This document shows, in pieces, positions 16,418 through 26,138 of a stretch of 64,000 bases of DNA. The position numbers and the translations under genes were made by a program. This DNA is from Sphingomonadales bacterium (lineage in GTDB: Bacteria; Pseudomonadota; Alphaproteobacteria; Sphingomonadales; Sphingomonadaceae). The stretch is taken from the NCBI GenBank assembly GCA_038325045.1, contig JBBQIP010000001.1:4200-68199 (forward strand), in the 5' to 3' direction. Every line of letters begins with the position of its first letter. Within the stretch, counting starts at the first letter, position 1. A model generated the notes under the pieces. It was not told where the DNA came from. It worked only from the letters and a program-made list of their open reading frames with translations, and searched no databases.

Positions 16418-17524
16418 ATGGCTAACGCAATTGCGCATATCAATGCTATCGGCACCGCGCTGCCGCCCCATGATGTGCACGAGGCGTTCATGCGCTTTGT
16501 AGGGGATTTGATCGAGGACCGGCGCGACCAGCTGCTGTTCAAGCGCATGGTGGGCCGGGCCGGAATCGACCATCGCTGGTCCTATGTGGAGCCGGTGGAG
16601 AACCCGAACCGCTTTCTGGCCGACCGCGAGGGCTTTTATACCCCCGGCGCCTTCCCCTCCACCGCCACGCGGATGGCGCGCTATGAAGCGCTGGCACCCA
16701 AATTTGCCGCTCAGGCAATCGATGCGCTGGGCATGGACGACGGCGAGCGGGCGGGGATCACCCATCTGGTGGTGGCATCGTGCACCGGCTTTGTGGCGCC
16801 GGGGCTGGACCAGCTGATTGTGCGCGAGGCGGGGCTGGACCCATCGGTGGAGCGCACGCTGGTGGGCTTCATGGGCTGTTATGCGGCGGTGAACGCGCTC
16901 AGGCTGGCGCATCATTTCGTGCGGTCGGAACCGGGCGCGCGGGTGCTGGTGATCAACCTGGAACTGTGCACGCTGCATTTCCAGCAGACCACGCAGATCG
17001 AAAAGCTGCTCTCCATGGTGCTGTTCGGCGACGGGGTGGCGGCAGCGCTGGTAACAGCCGAGCCGCGCGGGCTGGCGCTCACCGATTTCCGGGCCGCCAC
17101 CATCGAGGACAGCCTTGATGCGATCTGCTGGCGGATTGGCGACCAGGGCTTCGACATGCATCTTTCGGGCGAAGTGCCGGGACGTATCCAGCGCGCGCTG
17201 GCGGCCGACCGGCTGCGCAACGATGATATGGGGCTGCTGCGCGGCCGGCGGCCCGATGATTATGCGCTATGGGCGGTGCACGCCGGCGGCCGCACCATCC
17301 TAGATGCGGTGGAGACCGGCTATGAGCTGGCCGGCGATGCGCTGGCGCGCTCGAGGGCAGTGCTGAAAGAGTGCGGAAACATGTCTTCCGCCACTCTCAT
17401 GTTCGTGCTGGCACGGCTGATGGGCGATGTGGAACAGGGCATTGCGCCCCGCGAGGCGCCCGGCATGGCAATGGCCTTCGGGCCGGGGCTGGCGGCGGAA
17501 AGCTTTCGCTTCCAGACCGTGTGA
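16418..17524 (+). CDS. Type III polyketide synthase (chalcone/stilbene synthase family)
   Basis: Catalytic triad contexts FMGCYAA (Cys), WAVHAGG (His), GNMSSAT (Asn); LFGDG; AFGPGL. Confidence 0.93.
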   Translation: MANAIAHINAIGTALPPHDVHEAFMRFVGDLIEDRRDQLLFKRMVGRAGIDHRWSYVEPVENPNRFLADREGFYTPGAFPSTATRMARYEALAPKFAAQAIDALGMDDGERAGITHLVVASCTGFVAPGLDQLIVREAGLDPSVERTLVGFMGCYAAVNALRLAHHFVRSEPGARVLVINLELCTLHFQQTTQIEKLLSMVLFGDGVAAALVTAEPRGLALTDFRAATIEDSLDAICWRIGDQGFDMHLSGEVPGRIQRALAADRLRNDDMGLLRGRRPDDYALWAVHAGGRTILDAVETGYELAGDALARSRAVLKECGNMSSATLMFVLARLMGDVEQGIAPREAPGMAMAFGPGLAAESFRFQTV

Positions 17525-17528
17525 GCCG

Positions 17529-18209
17529 GTGCTGACCGCGCGCGCCACCACGCCCGAGCTGATGGATGCGGACAGTCTGTCAGCCCAGACCTATGCCGAT
17601 GTGATTGCCGATCTGGCCCGGGTGAACAGCATTACCCGGGCGCGGCCGCCTACCCTTGGCTGGCTGGCGCTGGCGAGCGGGGGGATGACCGGCTTCAGCC
17701 TGATCGATGTAGGGTTCGGGCACGGCGACATGCTGCGCGCGGTGGCGGGATGGGCACGCGCACAGGGGCTGGCGGTGCAGCTTACCGGCTATGACCGCAA
17801 CCCGCGCAGCGCGGCTGTGGCAGCCGCTGCCTCGGTGGGGCTGGGCATCGACTATGTGACCGGCGACCCGCCGGCGGACGCGCGGCCGGACTTCATCATC
17901 TCCTCGCTGGTGGCGCACCATATGGCCGATGAGGAGCTGGTGGCGTTCATCGGCTGGATGGAGGCCGGAGCGCAGCGCGGCTGGTTCATTAATGATCTGC
18001 ACCGCCACTGGGTGGCGCACCGGGGCTTTCAGGCGCTGGCGGCGGTGTTCGGCTGGCACCCAATCGTGCGCCACGACGGCGCGCTCTCGGTGCGCCGCGC
18101 CTTCACCCGGGCGGACTGGGATGTGCTGCTGGGCGCCGCAGGCGTAGCGGCAGAGGTGCGCTGGCACCTGCCGTTCCGCTGGGGTGTGGGCCGGGTGCGC
18201 GCGCTGTGA
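17529..18209 (+). CDS. Class I SAM-dependent methyltransferase
   Basis: ELMDAD N-terminus, IDVGFGHGD SAM motif, SSLVAHH, INDLHRH; GTG start 5 nt after the PKS stop. Confidence 0.85.
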   Translation: MLTARATTPELMDADSLSAQTYADVIADLARVNSITRARPPTLGWLALASGGMTGFSLIDVGFGHGDMLRAVAGWARAQGLAVQLTGYDRNPRSAAVAAAASVGLGIDYVTGDPPADARPDFIISSLVAHHMADEELVAFIGWMEAGAQRGWFINDLHRHWVAHRGFQALAAVFGWHPIVRHDGALSVRRAFTRADWDVLLGAAGVAAEVRWHLPFRWGVGRVRAL

Positions 18210-19333
18210 GCGGGCGCGCGGTCATTATCGGTGGCGGGCTGGCAGGCGCTGCGGCAGCGGCGCGGCTGGGGCCGGCGGCCACGCTGTTCGAGCGTGAGGC
18301 GGGCGCCCATGACAAGGTGTGCGGCGAATTTCTGTCCGGCGAGGCGCAAGTCGTGCTGGCTGGGCTGGGGTTCGATGCCGGCCGGCTGGGGGGCGCGCCG
18401 ATAGGCCGGATATGCCTGCATTCCGGGCGGCGGAGCGCCGAGGCGCGGCTGCCCTTCCGCAGCCAGGGGCTTACCCGGCGCACGCTTGATGCAGCGCTGC
18501 TGGAACATGCAGCGGCGCGCGGCGCGCAGATTGTGCGCGGGGTGGCGGTGCGGCGGCTGGAGCAGGGCCGGGCGCTTACCACGCAGGGGCTGGCAGATGC
18601 CGGCACGCTGCTGCTGGCCACCGGCAAGCACGATCTGCGAGGGGAACCGCGCGGTACCGGCGGCACCATAAATGGGCTGGTGGGGTTCAAGATGCTGCTC
18701 CGCTCGGCTGCGCTTGCCGCGCGGCTGGCGGGCACAGTGGCGGTGGTGCTGTTCAAGGGCGGCTATGCCGGGCTGCAGCCGGTGGAAGATGGGCGGTTGA
18801 ACCTCTGCCTGCTGGTGGAGGCTGACCGGCTGAAGGAGCTTGGCGGCTGGGCGGGGTTGCTGGAGGCGCTGGTGCGCGAGCCGGGGCTGGCCGGGCTGGA
18901 CAGTGCCGAGTGGCTTTTTGAAAAGCCGCTGACCATCGCGCAGGTGCCCTATGGCTATCTGGCGCAGCCAAGGCCCGAGGCGGGGCTATGGCGGCTGGGC
19001 GACCAGGCGGCGGTAATCCCGAGCTTTTGCGGCGACGGCATGGCGATGGCGCTGCACAGCGGCGCGCTGGCGGGTGCCATGCTGCAGGCCGGTGCCGGGG
19101 CGGCGGAATTTCAGGCGCAGCTGCGCGCCGACACCAGCCGGCAGGTGCGGCTGGCGACGCGGTTGCAGCGCTTTGCCACCACCGGGCCGGGGCGCCTGGC
19201 GCTGGTTGCCGGGCTGGGCGCGGTGCCGGCCGGGCTGGCGCAGCTGGCGCGCTGGACCCGGCTGCCGGCAGCAGCGGTGGCCCGGGCTTCGGCCATGCAG
19301 GCCGGGCTTGGGAATCGGCCGGTATCGCCTTAG
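18206..19333 (+). CDS. FAD-dependent oxidoreductase (geranylgeranyl-reductase/aromatic hydroxylase-like)
   Basis: IIGGGLAG, DKVCGEFLS, LGDQAAVIPSFCGDGMAMAL; GTGA overlap with the methyltransferase. Confidence 0.87.
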   Translation: MSGRAVIIGGGLAGAAAAARLGPAATLFEREAGAHDKVCGEFLSGEAQVVLAGLGFDAGRLGGAPIGRICLHSGRRSAEARLPFRSQGLTRRTLDAALLEHAAARGAQIVRGVAVRRLEQGRALTTQGLADAGTLLLATGKHDLRGEPRGTGGTINGLVGFKMLLRSAALAARLAGTVAVVLFKGGYAGLQPVEDGRLNLCLLVEADRLKELGGWAGLLEALVREPGLAGLDSAEWLFEKPLTIAQVPYGYLAQPRPEAGLWRLGDQAAVIPSFCGDGMAMALHSGALAGAMLQAGAGAAEFQAQLRADTSRQVRLATRLQRFATTGPGRLALVAGLGAVPAGLAQLARWTRLPAAAVARASAMQAGLGNRPVSP

Positions 19334-19343
19334 GGTTGGGGCA

Positions 19344-20765
19344 ATGGACTTACGGCAGCTCTTTGGCGGCGCGCCCCCGCGCTTCGATTTCGATGCCCTG
19401 GTAAGCGGTGGCAGCGCTGCCATCGGCGTGCTGCTGGCGGTGCTGGTGGCGGGCCTGCTCATGTCATGGGCGCAAAGCTGGGCCGATCGCCGGGGCCTGG
19501 TCACGCTGGGCAGCACCAACATTGCCGCCCTGCTGGCGGTGTGCCGCGACGGGCTGGTGAGCCTGTTCATTCTGGTGGGCGCCAACCTGCCCCTGGTCGA
19601 TTCGAGTGCGCTTCTGGTGCTGGCGGTCGCGCTGGGCTTTGCGATGGCGGCTTTTGCCGTGCGGCTGGCGGCGCTGCTGGGCGCTGCGTCCAGTGTGCAA
19701 TGGACGCTGGCCCTGCTGCTGCTGCTGGGGGCGCCGGTGGCGCTGCTCGGCGGGTTGCGGCCGCTCAGGACCGGGCTCGATGCCGTGGGCATCGAGCTGG
19801 GCAACCACCGGATCTCGCTGCTGTCGGTGGTGAGCGCCGCCGTGGTGGCGGCGCTGCTTTACGGGGCGGCGCGCGGTGCCAACCGGTTGATTTCGCACCT
19901 GATAGGCCGTTCGAACGGACTGGACGAGGCGCAGCAGCTGCTGCTCCGCAAGCTGGCCGGGCTGGCGGTGGTGACCGTGGCGGTGCTGCTGGGGCTCGAT
20001 CTGCTGGGCATCTCGCTCACCTCGCTGGCGGTGTTTTCCGGCGCTTTCGGGCTGGCGGTGGGCTTTGGGCTGCAAAAGACGCTGGGCAATCTGCTGGCCG
20101 GGCTGATCCTGCTGATGGACCGGTCGATCAAGCCCGGCGATGTGATTGTGGTGGGAGATACGTTCGGGGCGGTGAACAAGATCGGCGTGCGGGCGGTGAG
20201 CGTGGTGACCCGCGACGGCAAGGAGCATCTGATTCCCAACGAACAGCTGATGACCGAGGCGGTGGAGAACTGGTCCTATTCCAGCCGCAACGTGCGGATC
20301 CATATCGATGTGGGCGTGAGCTATCTGAGCGACATCCCGCTGGCGCAGCGGCTGATGGTGGAGGCGGCCAAGGCCTCCAAGCGCGTGCTCGCCAGCCCGG
20401 CACCGACGGTTTGGCTGAAGGGTTTCGGCGACAGTTCGGTGGACCATGACCTGCTGGTGTGGGTGGCAGACCCCGAAGCCGGGGTGGGCAATGTCCGCTC
20501 CGAAATCCTGAACCGGCTGTGGGTGGCGTTCAAGCAGCATGGGATCGAGATTCCGTTCCCGCAGCGCGACCTGCACATCAAGGGGCTGCCGGGGCAGCCG
20601 GAGCCGCCGCCGCCGCCGGCCGGTGACTATGAACCGCCCGATGACCCCGAGCCGCTGCCGGCAGACCTTGCCGATGCGGTGCCTGCCGTGCCCGAACGCG
20701 AACAGAGCGCGCCCAAGGCCCGCAAGCCTGCAGCGAAAAAGCCGCCGGCTAAACCCGTCAGCTAG
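19344..20765 (+). CDS. MscS family mechanosensitive channel
   Basis: Multiple TMs, [48 protein letters not shown]. Confidence 0.92.
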   Translation: [473 protein letters not shown]

Positions 20766-20776
20766 GCTGGCGGCGC

Positions 20777-21973
20777 TCAGTCCGCCGGCGGGCGGATGAG
20801 GCCCAGGCGGCGGATGAGCCCGGGCATGGTGAGCCCCTGCACGAAGATGGAGAAGGCGACGACCGCAAAGGCGACGCTGATGATCCGGTCGCGCTCGATC
20901 ACCTCAATGGGCAGCGCCAGTGCGAGGGCAAGGGCGAGCGCGCCGCGCAGCCCGCCCCAGAACAGCACATGCTGGTAGCTGGCGGCGATTTTCAGCCGGC
21001 TGCGGGCGAACAGCGCGCTCAGGGGATAGACGGCGAGCGCGCGGCCGGCGAGCATCAGCCCGGTGGCGATGGCGGCGGCGCCCAGCACCGGCAGCAGCGA
21101 CTGTTCCGCCTCGCGGCCGCCAATGAGGATGAACACCATCGAATTGGCCAGAAAGGCGATATATTCCCAAAAGCTGATGACATGGGCGCGGCCGCCTTCC
21201 GAAATCGCCCGGATCCAGCCGAAATTGCCGATGAGGATGCCGGCGGCGAGGCTGGCGAGCACGCCCGAGGCATGGACGCTTTCCGCCGCCATGAACGAGC
21301 CATAGGCAGCGATGGTGGTAAGGGTGATCTCGACCAGATGATCTTCGGTGCGCCCGGCGATGAGCATCAAAGCCCAGGCGACGCCCGCGCCGATGCCGAT
21401 GCCGGCAAACACCGTCCAGGCCAGTTCGCCGGCGATGCCGGCAGGCGTCATCGCCTCGCCCATCGCAAAGGCGGCGAGCAGCGCGAAGCCCACCGCAGCC
21501 GCGCCGTCGTTCAACAGGCTTTCCGATTCCACGATCATGGCGAGCCGGGGTTCCACCTTCATCTCCTTGAAGGCGGCGATGACCGAGACCGGATCGGTGG
21601 CGGCGATGAGCACGCCGAACAGCCCGGCGCCGACCCAGCTCCAGCCCAGCGCATAATGCATGCCGGCGGCCACCACGCCGGTGGTGATGATAACCCCCAC
21701 AAAGGCCAGAACCGCGGTCAGGGGCAGGTCGCGCTTGAAGGCTGGCCATTTGAGGTGGAGGGCTGCCTCGAACACCAGCGGCGGCAGGAACACTTCGAAA
21801 ATCAGATCGCGGCTGAGCCGGAACGGCACTTCGAGCGGCGAAAAGGCGAGCGCGATGCCGGCCACCACCAGCCCGACGCTATAGGGGAGCGACAGCCGCC
21901 GCGAGAGCATGGCCACCAGCGAAACCACCAGCAGCAACAGGCCGGTCGACGCGATTGTCGGTTCGAGTTCCAC
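20777..21973 (-). CDS. CPA1 family Na+/H+ antiporter
   Basis: FLPPLVFEAA, IAATDPVSV, ESESLLNDG, WGGLRGAL; start placed at GTG 21973. Confidence 0.92.
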   Translation of the reverse strand: MELEPTIASTGLLLLVVSLVAMLSRRLSLPYSVGLVVAGIALAFSPLEVPFRLSRDLIFEVFLPPLVFEAALHLKWPAFKRDLPLTAVLAFVGVIITTGVVAAGMHYALGWSWVGAGLFGVLIAATDPVSVIAAFKEMKVEPRLAMIVESESLLNDGAAAVGFALLAAFAMGEAMTPAGIAGELAWTVFAGIGIGAGVAWALMLIAGRTEDHLVEITLTTIAAYGSFMAAESVHASGVLASLAAGILIGNFGWIRAISEGGRAHVISFWEYIAFLANSMVFILIGGREAEQSLLPVLGAAAIATGLMLAGRALAVYPLSALFARSRLKIAASYQHVLFWGGLRGALALALALALPIEVIERDRIISVAFAVVAFSIFVQGLTMPGLIRRLGLIRPPAD

Positions 21974-21978
21974 GCGCT

Positions 21979-23370
21979 TTATCCTTTTTCGTGCAGCGGC
22001 ACGGCTTCCAGCGCGTCCACGAACTGGCATCGCCAGGCATCGACATCGTTGGTGATCACGCCTTCGATCAGAGCCTGCCAGCGGCGCTGGCGTTCGGCCA
22101 GCGGCATGGCCAGCGCCTGGCGAATGGCATCGGCAATTTCCTCGCGGCTGAAGGGATTTATGAGCAGCGCCTCGGGCATCTGCCGGGCGGCTCCGGCGAA
22201 GCTGGAGAGGATGAGCACGCCGGGGTCTGCCGGGTCCTGCGCCGCCACATATTCCTTGGCGACAAGGTTCATCCCGTCGCGCAGCGGGGTGACAAGGCCG
22301 ATGCGCGCCATCCGGTAGATGCCGGCGAGCACCTGGCGCGGATAGCCGCGGTTGACGTAGCGCACCGGCACCCAGTCCACCTCCGCATAGGCGCCGTTGA
22401 TGCGGCCCGAGAGCTGCTCCAGCTGCTCGCGGATTTCCTGGTACGAGCCGATGTCGCTGCGGGTGGGGGGCGCGATCTGCAGCAGGAACACATCCTGCCG
22501 CCGGTCCGGATTATCGGCGAGGAAGCGTTCATAGCCGAGGAAGCGCTCGGCAAGGCCTTTGGAGTAATCCAGCCTGTCGACACCGACCAGCATCTGGCGG
22601 CCGGCGATGCTGGTCTGCAGCCGGTCGCGGGTGGCGAGCGCCTCCGGGCTTTCGGCGGCGGCGATGAAGGCGCGGGCATCGATGCCGATGGGAAACGCCG
22701 CCACCCGCACCGAGCGGCCAAAGGCCTCGACCGTGCCGATAGCGCCGAAGTTCGCGGTGGTTTCGCGGTCCACATATTCGCGGAAGGCTTCGCAGCTGTC
22801 TTCGGTCTGGAAGCCTACCAGATCATAATCGAACAGCTTTTCGACCAGCTCCGCATGGCGCGGCAGCGTGGTAAGCAGCCGCTTGGGCGGCCAGGGGATG
22901 TGGAGGAAAAAGCCGATGCGGTTGGTGACACCGCGCCGGCGCAGCGCGGTGGCGAGCGGGATGAGGTGATAATCATGCACCCAGATGATGTCATCGGGGT
23001 CGAGCACCGGCACCAGCGTTTCGGCAAAGCGCTCGTTCACCCGCTCATAGCCTTCGGTGAACTGCCGGTCATATTCGGCGAGGTCGAGCCGGTAGTGGAA
23101 CAGCGGCCAAAGCGTCTTGTTGGCATAGCCGTTGTAATATTCGTCGATATCCTGCGCTTCCAGATCGATGGTGGCGGTGGTGATGCCGGCCGAGCGTTCG
23201 AGGTTGATATGGCCGGTGAAGGCCTTGGTGGTGGCGCCCGACCAGCCGAACCAGAGGCCCCGCGTGCTGCGAAGCGCCTCGGCCAGCGCCACCGACAGCC
23301 CGCCCTGGCTGGCGTCGTTTTCGGCCGCCGGCGGGGTTACCCGGTTGGAGACCACGATCAGACGGCTCAT
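21979..23370 (-). CDS. otsA: Trehalose-6-phosphate synthase
   Basis: SRLIVVSNRV, GGLSVAL, WVHDYHL, GFFLHIPWP, GVDRLDYSKG, DGMNLVAKEY. Confidence 0.96.
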   Translation of the reverse strand: MSRLIVVSNRVTPPAAENDASQGGLSVALAEALRSTRGLWFGWSGATTKAFTGHINLERSAGITTATIDLEAQDIDEYYNGYANKTLWPLFHYRLDLAEYDRQFTEGYERVNERFAETLVPVLDPDDIIWVHDYHLIPLATALRRRGVTNRIGFFLHIPWPPKRLLTTLPRHAELVEKLFDYDLVGFQTEDSCEAFREYVDRETTANFGAIGTVEAFGRSVRVAAFPIGIDARAFIAAAESPEALATRDRLQTSIAGRQMLVGVDRLDYSKGLAERFLGYERFLADNPDRRQDVFLLQIAPPTRSDIGSYQEIREQLEQLSGRINGAYAEVDWVPVRYVNRGYPRQVLAGIYRMARIGLVTPLRDGMNLVAKEYVAAQDPADPGVLILSSFAGAARQMPEALLINPFSREEIADAIRQALAMPLAERQRRWQALIEGVITNDVDAWRCQFVDALEAVPLHEKG

Positions 23371-23380
23371 GCGCGCTTCC

Positions 23381-25192
23381 TCATCTGACCGCAGCCCATG
23401 GTTTGCTGAGCAGGCCGGCGCAGTTGATCAACCCGACGAGCGAGTAGGTTTGCGGGAAATTGCCCCACAAGGTGCCATCATCGGCCAGATCTTCCGACAT
23501 CATGCCCGAATGGGTGAGCCGGCTGATCGCGGTTTCATACAGCTGCCGCGCCTCCTCCTCCCGGCCGACCAGCCACAGCGCCTCGATGAGCCAGAAGGTG
23601 CAGAAGTTGAACGCGGTTTCGGGGGTGCCGAAATCATCGGCCAGATCATAGCGCAGCATCGAATCGCCGCGCCGCAGCCGCGCCTCGATAACCGCAAAAG
23701 TGGCCAGAAAGCGCGGATCATCGGGCGCCAGAAAGCGCAGCTCGACCATCTGCAGCAGGCTGGCGTCCACCTCGTCCCCGCCGAAGCTGGCTGCATAATG
23801 GCCGGCGGCCTCGTTCCAGGCGTCTTTCTCGATTCTGGCGCGGATTATGTCGGCGCGTCCGCGCCAGTGGCTGGTCCGCTCGGGCAGGCCCAGCGCGTCT
23901 GCTGCATTGCCCAGCCGGTCGCACGCCGCCCAGCACATGAGCGCCGAATAGGTGTGGATGCTGGCGCGGGTGCGAAACTCCCACAGCCCGGCATCGGGGG
24001 TGGCATGGAGCGCAAACGCCTGATCGCCCACCCGTTCCAGGCTCTCGAAATCCGCCAGAGTGGCGGGGCGCAGCAGCCGCTGGTCGAAAAATGCCTGGAT
24101 GTTGGAGAGCACTACCTGGCCATAGACATCGTGCTGGCTGTGTTCCTGCGCCTGGTTGCCTATCCGCACCGGCCCCATGCCGCGGTAGCCGGGAAGGCCA
24201 TCGGCGATGCTTTCGGGCAGCCGGGTTTCCAGCCCCACGCCGAACAGCGGCTGGATGGTGCCGCTGCCCGCCAGATCGACGATGTTGCGCAGATAGCCGA
24301 GGTAGTTTTCCAGCACATCGAGCGCGCCCAGCCGGTTGAGCGCCTGCACCGTGTAATAGCCGTCGCGCAGCCAGCAGTAGCGGTAATCCCAGTTACGGCC
24401 CGAGCCGGGGCTTTCGGGGATTGAGGTGGTGAGCGCCGCCACGATGGCGCCGGTCTCCTCATGCGTGCACAGCCTGAGGCCGATGGCGGCGCGGATAACC
24501 ACCTTCTGCCATTCGAGCGGCACGGCGAGCCCGCGCGCCCATTGCTGCCAGTCTGCAAGCGTCTGGTCGTAAAAACTGCGGGCATTGGCTGCCAGATCGC
24601 CGGAAAACGGCTCGTCGGGGCCAAGGAACATGACCAGCGTGCGCTCCAGCCGGAACCAGCGTTCCCCGATCACATGGCCGATGGGGGCATCGGTGGTCAG
24701 CCGCATCGGGTGGCGGGGCACCAGATAGCGGATATGGTTGGAGCCTGATGTGGTGGGCGGCGGGGCGCTGCTCCAGCCGGTGGTGGGCCGCAGCCGCACC
24801 CGGATACGCGGGCTGCCGGCAAGCACCCGCACCACGCGCACAAAGGCGGTGGGCCGGTAGGTGCGGCCCGAGCGGTGAAAGCGCGGCGCGAAATCGGTAA
24901 TCTCGATGCTGTTGCCATGCGCATCTTCCAGCGTGGTGAGCAGGATGGCGGAATTGCCGACATAGTGCTGGCGGCTGGTGGTGCGGCCTTCCAGATCGAT
25001 TGCCCATAGCCCGGTGGCGCTGTCGTCCACCGGGTCCACCCCGCCCAACAGGGCGGAGAAGAACGGCTCGCCGTCTACCCGTGGCAGGCAGCTCCAGGTG
25101 AAACAGGCATTGCGGTCAAGAAGTGCGCTCACCGCGCAATTGCCGATCGGGGCGAGATCGAGTGTGCCCCATTTGCTGCGGCTGCCGGTCAC
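23381..25192 (-). CDS. Glycoside hydrolase family 15 protein (trehalase-like)
   Basis: IVAALTTSIPE, RNWDYRYCWLRD, GLWEFR, GNFPQTYS; lies between otsB and otsA. Confidence 0.9.
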   Translation of the reverse strand: MTGSRSKWGTLDLAPIGNCAVSALLDRNACFTWSCLPRVDGEPFFSALLGGVDPVDDSATGLWAIDLEGRTTSRQHYVGNSAILLTTLEDAHGNSIEITDFAPRFHRSGRTYRPTAFVRVVRVLAGSPRIRVRLRPTTGWSSAPPPTTSGSNHIRYLVPRHPMRLTTDAPIGHVIGERWFRLERTLVMFLGPDEPFSGDLAANARSFYDQTLADWQQWARGLAVPLEWQKVVIRAAIGLRLCTHEETGAIVAALTTSIPESPGSGRNWDYRYCWLRDGYYTVQALNRLGALDVLENYLGYLRNIVDLAGSGTIQPLFGVGLETRLPESIADGLPGYRGMGPVRIGNQAQEHSQHDVYGQVVLSNIQAFFDQRLLRPATLADFESLERVGDQAFALHATPDAGLWEFRTRASIHTYSALMCWAACDRLGNAADALGLPERTSHWRGRADIIRARIEKDAWNEAAGHYAASFGGDEVDASLLQMVELRFLAPDDPRFLATFAVIEARLRRGDSMLRYDLADDFGTPETAFNFCTFWLIEALWLVGREEEARQLYETAISRLTHSGMMSEDLADDGTLWGNFPQTYSLVGLINCAGLLSKPWAAVR

Positions 25193-25965
25193 AGGCTGGC
25201 CACCGGCTCGCTGGCCGCAAGCTGGCCCAGCCAAAGCGCCACCGCCTCCACATCGGCAAGCCGGTAGCGCGCGGCGGTCGGCGGCCCCTGTCTGGACCGG
25301 TCGCCCACCAATATGCCGTGGCCGCCGTGCGCTGCGGCGGCGGTGAAGCCGGCTTCGTCGGTCAGATCATCGCCAAGGAACAACGGACGATGGCCGGTAA
25401 AAGGCGCTTGCGCCATGAACGCATCGAGCGCTGCCCCCTTGTCGGCACCGGGCAGCCGCACTTCGAACACCATATGGCCAGCCTGCAGCGCCAGGCCATG
25501 GGCGCGGGCGGCAGCGGCGGCGGCGCGGCCGGCCGCTGCCTCCAGCCAAGGCGCCTGCCGGTAATGCAGCGCCACCCCCAGCCCCTTGTCTTCGAGCAGC
25601 AGCTGCGGGTGCGCGGTTGCAAAGGCGGCAAGATCGGCGCGGGCAGCGGCAATTGCCGGCCCAGCCTCGGGGCGGTGCATATGCCCCTCGGCCGTGCGCC
25701 GCTCAAGGCCGTGGATGCCGGCCATCGCCACGCCCGGCAGGCCCACCAGAATATCCAGCATATCGAGGCTGCGGCCGCTGATGATCGCCAGCCGGCCTTC
25801 CATCCGCCGGGCCAGCAGCGCCAGCCGGTCGCGAAGGCCGGGCGCCAGCCGCGCCTGTTCGGGGCGCGCCGCAAGGGCCGATAATGTGCCATCGAAATCG
25901 AGGAACAGCGCGGTTTCGGCCAGCACCGGCAGCGGCGGCTGGAGGGAGTTTAATGGGGTGTTCAA
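25189..25965 (-). CDS. otsB: Trehalose-6-phosphate phosphatase
   Basis: HAD motif ALFLDFDGTL, IISGR, GIHGLERR, LGDDLTDEAGF. Confidence 0.93.
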   Translation of the reverse strand: MNTPLNSLQPPLPVLAETALFLDFDGTLSALAARPEQARLAPGLRDRLALLARRMEGRLAIISGRSLDMLDILVGLPGVAMAGIHGLERRTAEGHMHRPEAGPAIAAARADLAAFATAHPQLLLEDKGLGVALHYRQAPWLEAAAGRAAAAAARAHGLALQAGHMVFEVRLPGADKGAALDAFMAQAPFTGHRPLFLGDDLTDEAGFTAAAAHGGHGILVGDRSRQGPPTAARYRLADVEAVALWLGQLAASEPVASL

Positions 25966-26138
25966 GACGCGGCTCCAGGCTTGCGTATCGGGTGCTGGTG
26001 CCGGCTATCATGAAGCAGGCCGTGGCAGCGCGCGGCCCGCCCTGCCGGGTGCATTGACCATGAAAGCGCAGCAATTGTCCACCGCAGGCGCCTGTCATGG
26101 GTGCTTGCCAGAGGCTGCAGGACTGGCATGGAGGAGGC

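Noticed and set aside
25952-25976. GGAGC-N16-CATT (minus strand) at the start of otsB
   Set aside because: Mismatched at both boxes and overlaps the probable start codon and N-terminal codons.
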